A stretch of 61,942 bases of DNA, from assembly GCA_964410905.1 (NCBI GenBank), contig CAYPIR010000009.1:1-61942 (forward strand), written 5' to 3'. Below, one piece after another: positions 29,777 to 38,649 of the stretch. A model generated the notes under the pieces. It had not been told where the DNA came from. It searched no databases and worked only from the letters and a program-made list of their open reading frames with translations. The stretch comes from an uncultured bacterium. Lineage in GTDB: Bacteria > Omnitrophota > Omnitrophia > Omnitrophales > Aquincolibacteriaceae. Every line of letters starts with the position of its first letter. Positions within the stretch are counted from its first letter, which is position 1. The position numbers and the translations under genes were made by a program.

Positions 29777-30403
29777 CTAATCAGTTATCACTTTGTTCAT
29801 TTTCACATCTTGCGGCGTCATTGGAATTCTCTCCGCAATTTGTTCAGTAAACGCCAACCCTATTTTGCAAACTTTCTTTGCTCGTTTTAAAGCGCAGTCA
29901 TAATATCCCGCACCGCGTCCAAGCCTTCCGCCATTCAAATCAAACGCGACTCCGGGAACAATAATAATATCCATTTCAGAAATAAGCCGCCGCGTCTTTG
30001 TTCCCTTCGGTTCCCAAATCCCAAGTTCGCCTTTTTCTATATCCTCAGAAAGATTATCCACACGCCTAAATTCCATTTTTCCTTTTGACAACGTCCGCGG
30101 CAAGTAGACTTCTTTTTGCGAAATTATTTTTTCTATAAACTTTTGCGTTTCAACTTCGGCGCCTTCAGAAAAATAAAACGCAACGTTCTTGGCTTTTAAA
30201 AACTCAGATGTTTTTGAAAGTTTCCGCAAGATTTTTTTACTTTTACGCTTCCGTTCATCAAGCGGTATACGTTTGCGTTTTTTGATAAAAAAATTCCGAA
30301 GGAAGGTTTTGGATATTGCAGGATAAAAATTAGTCTCCAGCCGAGTCGCGCCTGAATTCAAACGCTCGCTTTTCTTCTTCAAATTTTTTGATTTTTTCTT
30401 CAA
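29777..30403 (-). CDS. 5-formyltetrahydrofolate cyclo-ligase
   Basis: The C-terminal IIVPGVAFDLNGGRLGRGAGYYD motif is diagnostic of MTHFS. The track start is a TTG that overlaps the upstream ORF by 74 nt, so the true start is probably further downstream and is uncertain. Confidence 0.7.
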   Translation of the reverse strand: MKKKSKNLKKKSERLNSGATRLETNFYPAISKTFLRNFFIKKRKRIPLDERKRKSKKILRKLSKTSEFLKAKNVAFYFSEGAEVETQKFIEKIISQKEVYLPRTLSKGKMEFRRVDNLSEDIEKGELGIWEPKGTKTRRLISEMDIIIVPGVAFDLNGGRLGRGAGYYDCALKRAKKVCKIGLAFTEQIAERIPMTPQDVKMNKVITD

Positions 30404-30758
30404 GAAGCCCCTCCTTTTCCCGAAGATTTTCTTTTTGGCGGTTTATTTCCTTAAAAAACTTTTCTTTTTCCGCCTTAAACGCGGCTTGCTCATTTGATAA
30501 ACCTTCTGCCTTTTCATTTTTTTTTAGAGACTGTTCATTCGCAATTTCCGCATCTCGCATTCGTAGAAAAACTTCCTCTTTCAATCTCTCCAAATCCTCT
30601 TCTTTTTCTTTTATCATTTGTATTTGCTGTTCTCTGACTTCTTCCCATTCTTTTTTACGCAACACAAGTTCGGGATCTTCTGCCGAAAACGATACGGAAA
30701 AAAAAAGCACCGAGAAAAAAATAAATAGCATTAATCCTGAAAATATTTTTTTACTCAT
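30330..30758 (-). CDS. hypothetical secreted or anchored coiled-coil protein
   Basis: ATG at 30758 gives MSKKIFSGLMLFIFFSVLFFSVSFSA (signal or anchor), followed by about 110 aa of E/K-rich heptad-like sequence. The track ORF extends to 30842, close to the tRNA. Confidence 0.5.
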   Translation of the reverse strand: MSKKIFSGLMLFIFFSVLFFSVSFSAEDPELVLRKKEWEEVREQQIQMIKEKEEDLERLKEEVFLRMRDAEIANEQSLKKNEKAEGLSNEQAAFKAEKEKFFKEINRQKENLREKEGLLEEKIKKFEEEKRAFEFRRDSAGD

Positions 30759-30847
30759 CCGGTAATCCCTTTCATGTTTTGGCCTTACCAGCAACCAATT
30801 TGTTGGGACAGGTTTGTCGCTTGCCTTACGACAATCCGTCATAAAAC

Positions 30848-30921
30848 CGCCCCCAGCATGAATCGAACATGCAACCCTCTCCTTAGGAAGGAGATGCTCT
30901 ATCCAATTGAGCTATGGGGGC
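30848..30921 (-). tRNA. tRNA-Arg (anticodon CCT), CCA not encoded
   Basis: Hand-folded 74-nt cloverleaf. Acceptor GCCCCCA/TGGGGGC is a perfect 7 bp. D arm is GCTC/GAGC. Anticodon stem TCTCC/GGAGA carries loop TTCCTAA. T arm is GCATG-TTCGATT-CATGC. Discriminator is G. Confidence 0.9.
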
Positions 30922-30939
30922 AATATCTTATCTTTAAGA

Positions 30940-31461
30940 TTAATATTTAATTAGTGAATAAACGCGATATTTTTTAAGTTTTGCTCTTCCGTTAAGTTCC
31001 GTCAATTCTATGACGAAAATAATCTCAACAATTTTACCGCCTATTTTTTCAACAAGGCTGGCCGCGGCCTTGGCGGTCCCGCCAGTTGCAAGAAGGTCAT
31101 CAATAACTACGACTTTGTCTCCGCGTTTTATTGCATCTTTATGAATTTCAATCGCGGCATTTCCATACTCAAGAGCATATGTGACCTGCTTAGTTTTCCA
31201 AGGAAGTTTGCCTTTTTTCCTGATAGGGACGAAACTTACTCCAAGTTTTGTCGCAAGCGCCGCGCCAAAAATAAATCCTCTCGCTTCTATTCCTACAATA
31301 CACGAAATGTTTTTCCCCGAAAGTTTTTTTGCCAGACGAGAAATTATTTCTTTGAACGCTTCCGGATTTTGTAAAACGGGTGTGATGTCACGAAAAAGAA
31401 TTCCTTTTTGAGGGAAATCAGGGACATTGCGTATAAGCGATTGAATTTTTTTTAAAGACAT
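30940..31461 (-). CDS. apt: adenine phosphoribosyltransferase
   Basis: PRPP-binding motif VVVIDDLLATGGT, and an N-terminal FPQKGILFRDITPVL pattern typical of Apt. 173 aa. Confidence 0.9.
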   Translation of the reverse strand: MSLKKIQSLIRNVPDFPQKGILFRDITPVLQNPEAFKEIISRLAKKLSGKNISCIVGIEARGFIFGAALATKLGVSFVPIRKKGKLPWKTKQVTYALEYGNAAIEIHKDAIKRGDKVVVIDDLLATGGTAKAAASLVEKIGGKIVEIIFVIELTELNGRAKLKKYRVYSLIKY

Positions 31462-31478
31462 TATTTTGCCCTTATCGC

Positions 31479-32639
31479 TTAGTGCTGCAGGTAGTTTTCA
31501 AAACGGTCGCCTTCAAGCTCAAGGTGCGCGCGAATTTTTTTCAGCACACTTACTTCTATTTGTCTAACGCGTTCTCGAGTTACGTTAAAATCTTTTGCGA
31601 TTTCCTCAAGCGTATGCGGATTGTGATGCTGCAACCCAAATCGCCTGACAATCATTTCTCGCTCGCGCTCATCCAGTATTTTTAAGAGTTTTAAAACGCG
31701 TTCGCTTTTTAAAATTTCGCCGACTTGTTTATCAGGATTTTTTTCGTCATCGTCTTCAATCATATCCAAAAGTTCAGCCGAACTATCAAGACTTATTGGC
31801 GCGTTAAGCGAACTTGGACGATTTACGATTCCTTCAATTTCTTCCACTTTATCTTGAGAAACTTCCAGCATTTTCGCTACTTCGGCGCGCGCAGGGATAC
31901 GATTTAAGCGTTGAATCAACGCGTCCCGAACGCGTCTCCATCTGCCGATAAGATCATACATATAAACGGGAATTCTGATAGTTTTCCCATGATTGGAAAG
32001 CGAGCGCATCATTCCCTGTTTAATCCACCACGCCGCGTAAGTTGAAAATCTATATCCCCGCTTGGGATCAAATTTTTCAACCGCGCGCATAAGTCCAATA
32101 TTACCTTCTTCGACAAGATCTGAAAAAGCAAGCCCCATATGCGCGTAACGTTTTGCGAGCGCGATGACAAGCCGCAAATTAGACCGTATCATTCTGTGTC
32201 GCGCGTCTTCAGAACCTTTGCCTCCCGTGCGAATTTTTTCAGCTAACGAAATTTCATCCTCAGGGGTAAGCAATGGAATATTTTCAATTTGATCAAGATA
32301 AATCCGCATAGACGTTCTATCCAAAGTTTGCTCGTTTTCATCGTCCGCGTGCGGATCTAATTGCTCGTCCTCTCTGCGTTGCTTGCGTCTTTCGGCAAAA
32401 TGCTCGGCCTTAAAAATCTTTTCCGCCTCTTTTTGAAACTTTTTTTCTTTGCGCAAAAGTTCTTCGATGTTTTTTTTGACGCGTTTCTTTGTTTTGGCAA
32501 GCGGAATAAATTTTGCCTTTTTATTTTTGCGGCGTAATATTTTTTTAATTTTTCCGCGAAAAGATTTTTTTTCTTTAGGAAAGGTTCGTCCTTGGCGTTT
32601 AGAAGATTTTATTTTTAATTTTTTCTTTTTCTTTGCCAT
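31479..32639 (-). CDS. rpoD: RpoD-like (primary-type) sigma-70 factor with Lys-rich N-terminus
   Basis: Regions 2-4 are present: NLRLVIALAKRY, EEGNIGLMRAVEKFDPKRGYRFSTYAAWWIKQ and TLEEIAKDFNVTRERVRQIE. ATG at 32639. Confidence 0.8.
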   Translation of the reverse strand: MAKKKKKLKIKSSKRQGRTFPKEKKSFRGKIKKILRRKNKKAKFIPLAKTKKRVKKNIEELLRKEKKFQKEAEKIFKAEHFAERRKQRREDEQLDPHADDENEQTLDRTSMRIYLDQIENIPLLTPEDEISLAEKIRTGGKGSEDARHRMIRSNLRLVIALAKRYAHMGLAFSDLVEEGNIGLMRAVEKFDPKRGYRFSTYAAWWIKQGMMRSLSNHGKTIRIPVYMYDLIGRWRRVRDALIQRLNRIPARAEVAKMLEVSQDKVEEIEGIVNRPSSLNAPISLDSSAELLDMIEDDDEKNPDKQVGEILKSERVLKLLKILDEREREMIVRRFGLQHHNPHTLEEIAKDFNVTRERVRQIEVSVLKKIRAHLELEGDRFENYLQH

Positions 32640-32650
32640 AAGGATACACA

Positions 32651-32688
32651 CAAAAGCCTGCTATCCCGCCTCAAACAGAGACGGGATA
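32651..32688 (-). terminator. possible intrinsic terminator after ppdK
   Basis: 7-bp stem TATCCCG / CGGGATA (32662-32668 / 32682-32688). On the minus strand it is followed after 5 nt by CTTTTGTGTG. The U-tract is modest. Confidence 0.4.
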
Positions 32689-32708
32689 ACAGAAAGTTTA
32701 AAGTGAAA

Positions 32709-35459
32709 CTACTTATTTTTCTTTTGCTTAACAACCGCTTGCGCAGCCGCGAGCCGAGCGATTGGAACGCGATAAGGAGAGCAGCTCACATAGCTCATAC
32801 CAACCTTGTTGCAGAACTCAACAGAGGCAGGATCTCCTCCGTGTTCGCCGCAAATACCAATCTTCATACCCGCGCGGGTGCCGCGTCCAAGCTTCACACC
32901 AGTCGCTATAAGCTGCCCAACGCCGCACATATCAATGGTTTGGAATGGATCATCGGAGAGAACTTTTTTCTCAAGATAATCGCTCATAAATGCGCCAATG
33001 TCATCTCGCGAAAAACCAAAAGTCATCTGCGTAAGGTCATTTGTTCCAAACGAGAAAAACTCCGCGACTTCTGCCATCTTATCCGCAAGGAGCGCGGCGC
33101 GAGGAATTTCAATCATTGTTCCAAACGAATACTTAAGATTCTTAACGCCTGTTTTCGCAACGACTTCCTTATGCACTTTTTCGACAATGGTTTTCTGATC
33201 CTTTAGCTCATTAACCGAGCAAGTGACAGGAATCATTATCTCAGGGAATACTTTCTTTTTCGCTTTCAAAAGCTCAGCGCTGGCTTCAAAAATCGCACGA
33301 GTCTGCATCTCGGTAATTTCTGGATACGTAACGCCAAGACGAACGCCGCGATGTCCCATCATAGGATTGGTTTCGTGAAGTTTTTCAGCACGCTTTTGAA
33401 ATTCCTCGATAGAAATTCCAAGGCTATCAGCAACTGCTTTTTGTGCTGATTCTTCTCTAGGAATAAATTCATGAAGCGGTGGATCCAAAAAGCGGATTGT
33501 AACCGCGTATCCGTCCATCGCCTCAAGAGTTCCTTTGATCGCCGTTTTGAAAAACGGAAAAATTTCCGCAAGCGCTTTTTTGCGTTCTTCAGTTGTCGCG
33601 GAAGCAATCATCTTGCGAAGAGCAAAGAGCGGTTTTTCAGAGTTTTCGCCATAAAACATATGCTCGGTTCTGAAAAGTCCAATTCCTTCTGCTCCAAAAA
33701 GACGCGCTTTTTTCGCGTCCGCCGGAGTATCAGCGTTGGTACGGACTTTAAGCTTACGAATACTGTCGCATATTTTAAGGAAATCAAAAAGAAGCGCGTT
33801 TTCTGTCGCGTCAACCATAGCGAGTTTTCCAGAATAAACATTTCCTTTTGTTCCATTAAGGGTTAGCCAATCTCCTTCTTTGAAAACCTTGTCGCCGACT
33901 TTCATCGTTTTTTTAACAAGGTCTACGTGAATTGCCGCGCAGCCAACGATGCAGCATTTCCCCCAGCCGCGAGCGACAAGCGCCGCGTGAGAGGTCATGC
34001 CACCGCGTGATGTAAGAATAGCTTGCGCCGCGCGCATACCCTCAACATCTTCCGGGTTTGTTTCTTCACGAACAAGAATTACTTTTTGACCTTTTTCCGC
34101 CACGGCAATTGCGTCTTCAGAAGAAAATACTATTGTTCCAGCCGCGCCACCTGGTCCTGCCGGCAATCCTTTGGCGACAATTTCTGCTGTTTTCTCGGAT
34201 TTAGAATCAATGATCGGGTGAAGCAACTCATCAAGTTGCGCGGGGCTCACGCGCAACACAGCTTCTTCTTTTGTGATGAGTTTTTCTTTAACCATATCAA
34301 GCGCCATTTTCACAGCTGCCGGACCGTTTCGTTTTCCGTTACGACATTGCAACATCCAAAGCTTTCCGTCCTCAATGGTAAACTCGATGTCCTGCATATC
34401 GCGATAATGTTTTTCGAGTCTCTTTTGAATGGCAAAAAGTTCCTTATACATCTTTGGCATTGCTTTTTCTAAAGTCACTTCGGACTTGTTATGCTCGCTT
34501 TTCGACGCATCGTTAATAGGCGCGGGAGTGCGGATACCGGCAACAACGTCTTCGCCTTGCGCGTTGACAAGATATTCGCCGTAAAAACGCGGGTCGCCGT
34601 TTCCCGGATTACGAGAAAACGCGACACCTGTCGCCGATGTATCGCCCATATTACCGAACACCATCGACTGAACATTCACAGCCGTTCCCCAAGAATCAGG
34701 AATGCCTTCTATCTTGCGATACGAAATCGCGCGTCTTCCGTTCCACGAAGAAAACACCGCGCCGACTCCGCCCCAAAGTTGTTTGAACGCATCGTCTGGA
34801 AATTCTTTTCCGAGAACTTCTTTTACCTTCGCTTTAAACTTTCCCGCCAATTCTTTCAAATCTTCCGCAGTAAGATCCGTATCCAACTTAGCGCCGCGTT
34901 CTTTTTTCTTAGCGTCCATAATTCTTTCAAGTTGTTTACGGATTCCCTTATCGTCTTCCGGTTCAATTCCTGCCGCCTTTTCCATTACAACGTCAGAATA
35001 CATCATAATCAAACGGCGATATGCGTCATAAACAAACCGTTCGTTTTTGGTTTTCGCGATAAGCGCTGGGATTGTTTTAGAGGTAAGACCTACATTAAGA
35101 ACTGTTTCCATCATACCGGGCATTGATGCGCGCGCGCCGGAGCGGACAGAAACAAGAAGAGGATTTGTTTCATCGCCAAACTTTTTGCCGATAACTTTTT
35201 CGACATTTTTGAGTGCGGCTAAAACCTGAGCTTCAAGTTCTTTAGGATATTTGCGGCCATTGTCATAATAATAAGTACAAACTTCGGTAGTAATTGTAAA
35301 TCCCGGAGGAACGGGTAATTGCAAACTTTTATGTCCCGCCATTTCCGCAAGGTTTGCGCCTTTTCCGCCGAGCAAATTTCGCAAACTTCCGTTACCATCC
35401 GCTTTCCCACCGCCGAAAAAATAAACATATTTCGCTTTCTTTGATTTCACGCTACTCAT
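32709..35459 (-). CDS. ppdK: pyruvate, phosphate dikinase
   Basis: 916 aa. N-terminal ATP-grasp region (GGKGANLAEM), phosphohistidine swivel domain (TSRGGMTSHAALVARG) and C-terminal PEP-utilising domain (FFSFGTNDLTQ). Confidence 0.95.
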   Translation of the reverse strand: MSSVKSKKAKYVYFFGGGKADGNGSLRNLLGGKGANLAEMAGHKSLQLPVPPGFTITTEVCTYYYDNGRKYPKELEAQVLAALKNVEKVIGKKFGDETNPLLVSVRSGARASMPGMMETVLNVGLTSKTIPALIAKTKNERFVYDAYRRLIMMYSDVVMEKAAGIEPEDDKGIRKQLERIMDAKKKERGAKLDTDLTAEDLKELAGKFKAKVKEVLGKEFPDDAFKQLWGGVGAVFSSWNGRRAISYRKIEGIPDSWGTAVNVQSMVFGNMGDTSATGVAFSRNPGNGDPRFYGEYLVNAQGEDVVAGIRTPAPINDASKSEHNKSEVTLEKAMPKMYKELFAIQKRLEKHYRDMQDIEFTIEDGKLWMLQCRNGKRNGPAAVKMALDMVKEKLITKEEAVLRVSPAQLDELLHPIIDSKSEKTAEIVAKGLPAGPGGAAGTIVFSSEDAIAVAEKGQKVILVREETNPEDVEGMRAAQAILTSRGGMTSHAALVARGWGKCCIVGCAAIHVDLVKKTMKVGDKVFKEGDWLTLNGTKGNVYSGKLAMVDATENALLFDFLKICDSIRKLKVRTNADTPADAKKARLFGAEGIGLFRTEHMFYGENSEKPLFALRKMIASATTEERKKALAEIFPFFKTAIKGTLEAMDGYAVTIRFLDPPLHEFIPREESAQKAVADSLGISIEEFQKRAEKLHETNPMMGHRGVRLGVTYPEITEMQTRAIFEASAELLKAKKKVFPEIMIPVTCSVNELKDQKTIVEKVHKEVVAKTGVKNLKYSFGTMIEIPRAALLADKMAEVAEFFSFGTNDLTQMTFGFSRDDIGAFMSDYLEKKVLSDDPFQTIDMCGVGQLIATGVKLGRGTRAGMKIGICGEHGGDPASVEFCNKVGMSYVSCSPYRVPIARLAAAQAVVKQKKNK

Positions 35460-35729
35460 TTTTTCTCCCTTTTTTTACCGCTTGTTGTTTAAAAAAAATA
35501 CACTTTCCCCCAGCAAAAATGCATTCGGGGGTTTAAAAGATTATTTCAAAACTCTGTTCCTACGAAAAGAAACTATCAACGTCAAAACAGAAGAAGGCGG
35601 ATTGTATCACTGTTTATTAATTTTGAGAATAGAGAAGAATGCAAAAATAAATAACAGCACCCTAAAACCGTCATTTTGAACTTACCCTGCATTAGCGCCA
35701 AATTCCCGAGTTTACAAGTCAATCTTGAA

Positions 35730-36609
35730 TCATAGTATTTGTTCAAACAACATCTCTACACTTATGCCCATTTTAGAAAATGCAAATAACTTTTTACCTA
35801 AATCTTTAAGCGAAGCGCCGATATGATAAACCGTTCCATCTACTATCAAAAATCTGTCATGAGTTTTGGCAAACTTTGAAATTTCTATAGGCTCATATTG
35901 TTCATTGTAACGCGCAAAATCCAACTCAAGCGCTCCAGAAATCTTGGTTGTATAAATCTTCGCACGGACACCCTTTCTTCGTTTTGCTAAAATTTTCAAT
36001 ACGCTTTCATCAATATAATTATCTATCAAAACAAGCGATTTTTTTGCCGACCTAACCAGACGGCAAGCAAACTCATACGCATCAAATATTTGCCCGCTAA
36101 AAAACACTCCTTCGCAAGGCGGAATCGATGTTCTAACAAAAAAATCTATTTTGTTTTCAATGTTAAATACTCGGCGTTCCAAACCTTCAAACCTGTGATT
36201 TATCGAATAGCCTTTAACTAAATATTCCTTTAACCTTTCTGTCGCCCACTGGCGAAATTTTGTCGCGCCATTTTGTCGCGACTTTAGAATTGATGCGATA
36301 TCCAAGTGAAAGTATCATGTCGAGGTTGTAATGGACAACTTCGCGCTCAACCTTACGCCCTCCCTCGATTTGAACTGTTCGGAAATTCCGAACAGTTCCA
36401 GCTTCATCTAACTCACCATCTGCAAATATATTTTTGATATGTTCACTTATATTTGCTTTACTAGAATTATACAGATCAACCAATTGCGCCTGCGTCAACC
36501 AAACAGTTTCGTTTTCTACTTTAACTTCCAAATTAATAGCATCACAATGTTTATACAGAACAACATCGTTACCCTGCCCCATTAATGTTTTTTCTTTCTC
36601 AGTTTTCAT
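35730..36609 (-). pseudogene. RhuM-family protein gene disrupted by a +13-nt tandem duplication
   Basis: Track ORFs 36214-36609 and 35730-36305 are the N- and C-terminal parts of one RhuM-like protein (HYNLDMILSLGYRINSK...ATKFRQWATERLKEYLVKG). Removing one copy of the duplicated 13 nt at 36257-36280 restores a single frame of about 288 aa. Confidence 0.75.
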
Positions 36610-36775
36610 ATATTCTTTATTGATTTTTAATCATTTGAATTATAATTAAATTATATAATATTGAGCGCAACAAAAACAAGTCCATTTAACTTTTACGGGC
36701 AATGAGCAGGTGCAAAGCAAGGAAGATAAATAGCCTATTTGAATTTCCAAAATTTTATAAACAACATCAACAACC

Positions 36776-36810
36776 AGAGCAAACGCTCACAAGCTTTGAG
36801 GCGGATTAAT
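36776..36810 (+). repeat. 35-bp direct repeat, copy 1 (downstream flank of the ATPase cassette)
   Basis: AGAGCAAACGCTCACAAGCTTTGAGGCGGATTAAT matches 38300-38334 at 33 of 35 positions in the same orientation. Confidence 0.85.
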
Positions 36811-36860
36811 GAGGGACATCACAAGTATATTTGATTTTCTAACTATTTTCTTGGCATATA

Positions 36861-38123
36861 TCACAATTTTACCCCCAGAGCGTCTATAGGTATTACATTT
36901 ATACCGTCAGACCTTGTATGCGCGTGACCCGAACCCACAATAACATTTAGCGATACTATTTTTTTACTTTTTGTCTCAACAATATTTTTTGAAAAATCCG
37001 AAACAGCTTGCGCGCCGTAGTCAATATGTCCTTGCCCCAATTTAATCTCAAAAACCGCTGCGTCTCCGTTTGTTTTTTGCACGATAGCATCCACCTCCAG
37101 TCCATTAGAGTCGCGATAATAATACACATCGGCATCGATTCTGCTTGCGTATACTCGCAAATCGTGAATAACCTGCGATTCAAAAACAAAACCCGTATAA
37201 TTTAGGTCGTTAAATAAAGATTCGGAGTCCAAGCCAAGAGCCGCTATTGCCATAGACGCATCCGCGAAATGACGTTTGGGAGTTTTGCGAAGTTTAGCAG
37301 AAGATCTAATATGCGTGTTCCACGCAGGCTGGTCTTCAATAGCCATAAGTTTATTCAAAGCGTCCAAATAATCGTTTACAGTGGGACGAGAGATACTGTC
37401 ATTATCCGTTTCTTTTATATCTCTCATAAAAGTTGAAATTTCGGTAATTGTAGATATATTTCTGGCGAGAGATTGAAGCAGACTGCGCACGCGGATAGGA
37501 TCGCGCTTCACATTTGATACTCTGCTAATATCTACTTCAGCCAACAATTTTATATAGGCGGAATTAAGGCGAAGCGCGGAAGACTCACTTGCTCCGACAA
37601 GTTCTGGCCAGCCGCCGATTACAAGGCGGCGAATAATTTCGCGAATATCGGTTTTATATTCTTTTGGAGCAATTTTTTTGCCTGCGAACAAATCTTCCAT
37701 TGAGACGTAACCGTCGGAATATCCAAGTTCTTGCCACGACATCGTGCGCATTGTCAATTCGATAAAACGCCCTGCTCCGGAGTGTATTTTGGCGTTTTCT
37801 TCCGGATTTGCCGAACCCGTTAAAATAAATTGTCCTTTTTCAGAACGATCATCTACTTCGTGGCGAATATAATCCCAAAGACGCGGTTGAAATTGCCACT
37901 CGTCAATCAAGCGAGGCGTTTTGCCGGACAAAAGAATGTTAGGGTCTATTGCCATTAAATTGGAAACTTGCGGATCCTTATCAACGTTTAATATGCTTTG
38001 CGCCACTCGTTTTGCCGTTTCCGATTTGCCACAGGCTTTTGGACCGCGAATTAAAACGGCTCCGGCGGCTTTTAACGATTCGGATAGTTCTTTGTCGAAG
38101 ATTCTTGGAATATACGTTTTCAT
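36861..38123 (-). CDS. AAA+ ATPase with C-terminal DUF4143 / PD-(D/E)xK-like domain (COG1373-type)
   Basis: Walker A is GPKACGKSET. The C-terminal YYYRDSNGLEVDAIVQKTNGDAAVFEIKLG carries a D...EVD...E-x-K restriction-endonuclease-like signature. 420 aa. Confidence 0.8.
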   Translation of the reverse strand: MKTYIPRIFDKELSESLKAAGAVLIRGPKACGKSETAKRVAQSILNVDKDPQVSNLMAIDPNILLSGKTPRLIDEWQFQPRLWDYIRHEVDDRSEKGQFILTGSANPEENAKIHSGAGRFIELTMRTMSWQELGYSDGYVSMEDLFAGKKIAPKEYKTDIREIIRRLVIGGWPELVGASESSALRLNSAYIKLLAEVDISRVSNVKRDPIRVRSLLQSLARNISTITEISTFMRDIKETDNDSISRPTVNDYLDALNKLMAIEDQPAWNTHIRSSAKLRKTPKRHFADASMAIAALGLDSESLFNDLNYTGFVFESQVIHDLRVYASRIDADVYYYRDSNGLEVDAIVQKTNGDAAVFEIKLGQGHIDYGAQAVSDFSKNIVETKSKKIVSLNVIVGSGHAHTRSDGINVIPIDALGVKL

Positions 38124-38144
38124 ACAATTATATTAACATATCGC

Positions 38145-38236
38145 TTTGAATTTTTCAAGCGTTTTGGTTTGAATTTTTCTTTGTTTTTATTTTACATTTT
38201 TCTGAGATTTTGATTTGAATTTTTCTAATGCAGAAT
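38145..38236 (+). repeat. iteron-like array of four 23-bp units upstream of the ATPase gene
   Basis: Units start at 38145, 38168, 38191 and 38214. The 12-nt core TTTGAATTTTTC is perfect in three units and reads TTTACATTTTTC in the third. The remaining 11 nt of each unit vary. Confidence 0.7.
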
Positions 38237-38299
38237 CTGTTATAAAACCATACTATTATACTGTCCCCCGTTAAGAAATTAGCACTGGCTAGATAGAAA

Positions 38300-38334
38300 A
38301 GAGCAAATGCTCACAAACTTTGAGGCGGATTAAT
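38300..38334 (+). repeat. 35-bp direct repeat, copy 2 (upstream flank of the ATPase cassette)
   Basis: AGAGCAAATGCTCACAAACTTTGAGGCGGATTAAT has 2 mismatches to 36776-36810. The sequences flanking the two copies are unrelated. Confidence 0.85.
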
Positions 38335-38649
38335 ACTCGCTTCGCTCAAGGGAAAGGTTTTTTTCTTCAAAAAACATCTTACGGACTTTGTGCTAACAAT
38401 TGAAGATTCATTAAATCATCTAAAACCTTTTATTCTATTTCTGAACTTAGTTATTTTGTCTTCTTTTTTTGTTATGTATTTATGAAAGAAAAACTTAGCA
38501 TAGTTACTAATCCATTCTATTGGCCCGACATAATTGGTTTTATCTATTTTGCCCACATACGAACTTTTTTGAGTTGCTTCTAATAAATTTTAAGTCGCAG
38601 CCTCAAAACGCGGGGCTAGTATTTGTATTTTTTCGCATGCCCGAAAAGC

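Noticed and set aside
30330-30842. Long N-terminal extensions in track ORFs (ends at 3406, 9982, 15416, 28312, 30842, 32651, 40288, 46684, 51053, 55266)
   Set aside because: The track reports the longest ORF using TTG or GTG as M. In each case an internal ATG with a plausible SD gives a start that removes overlap with the upstream gene or exposes a proper signal peptide or conserved N-terminus.
35597-35611. Third partial copy of the 35-bp repeat (AAGGCGGATTGTAT), plus a CCGCCTCAAA match at 32666-32675
   Set aside because: Only 9-10 nt are shared, which is about what chance would give in 62 kb read on both strands.
36776-36810. The 35-bp repeats as duplicated 3' ends of a plus-strand gene (both read ...FEAD-stop in frame)
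   Set aside because: Upstream of copy 2 the frame is closed by a stop after 16 codons. Upstream of copy 1 it is low-complexity sequence with no start. This is not credible coding sequence.
38145-38236. Possible CRISPR array
   Set aside because: The conserved core is only 12-13 nt, with 10-11-nt variable parts. There are four units and no cas genes in the window. The geometry fits iterons or operators, not CRISPR. No other CRISPR-like array was seen anywhere in the window.
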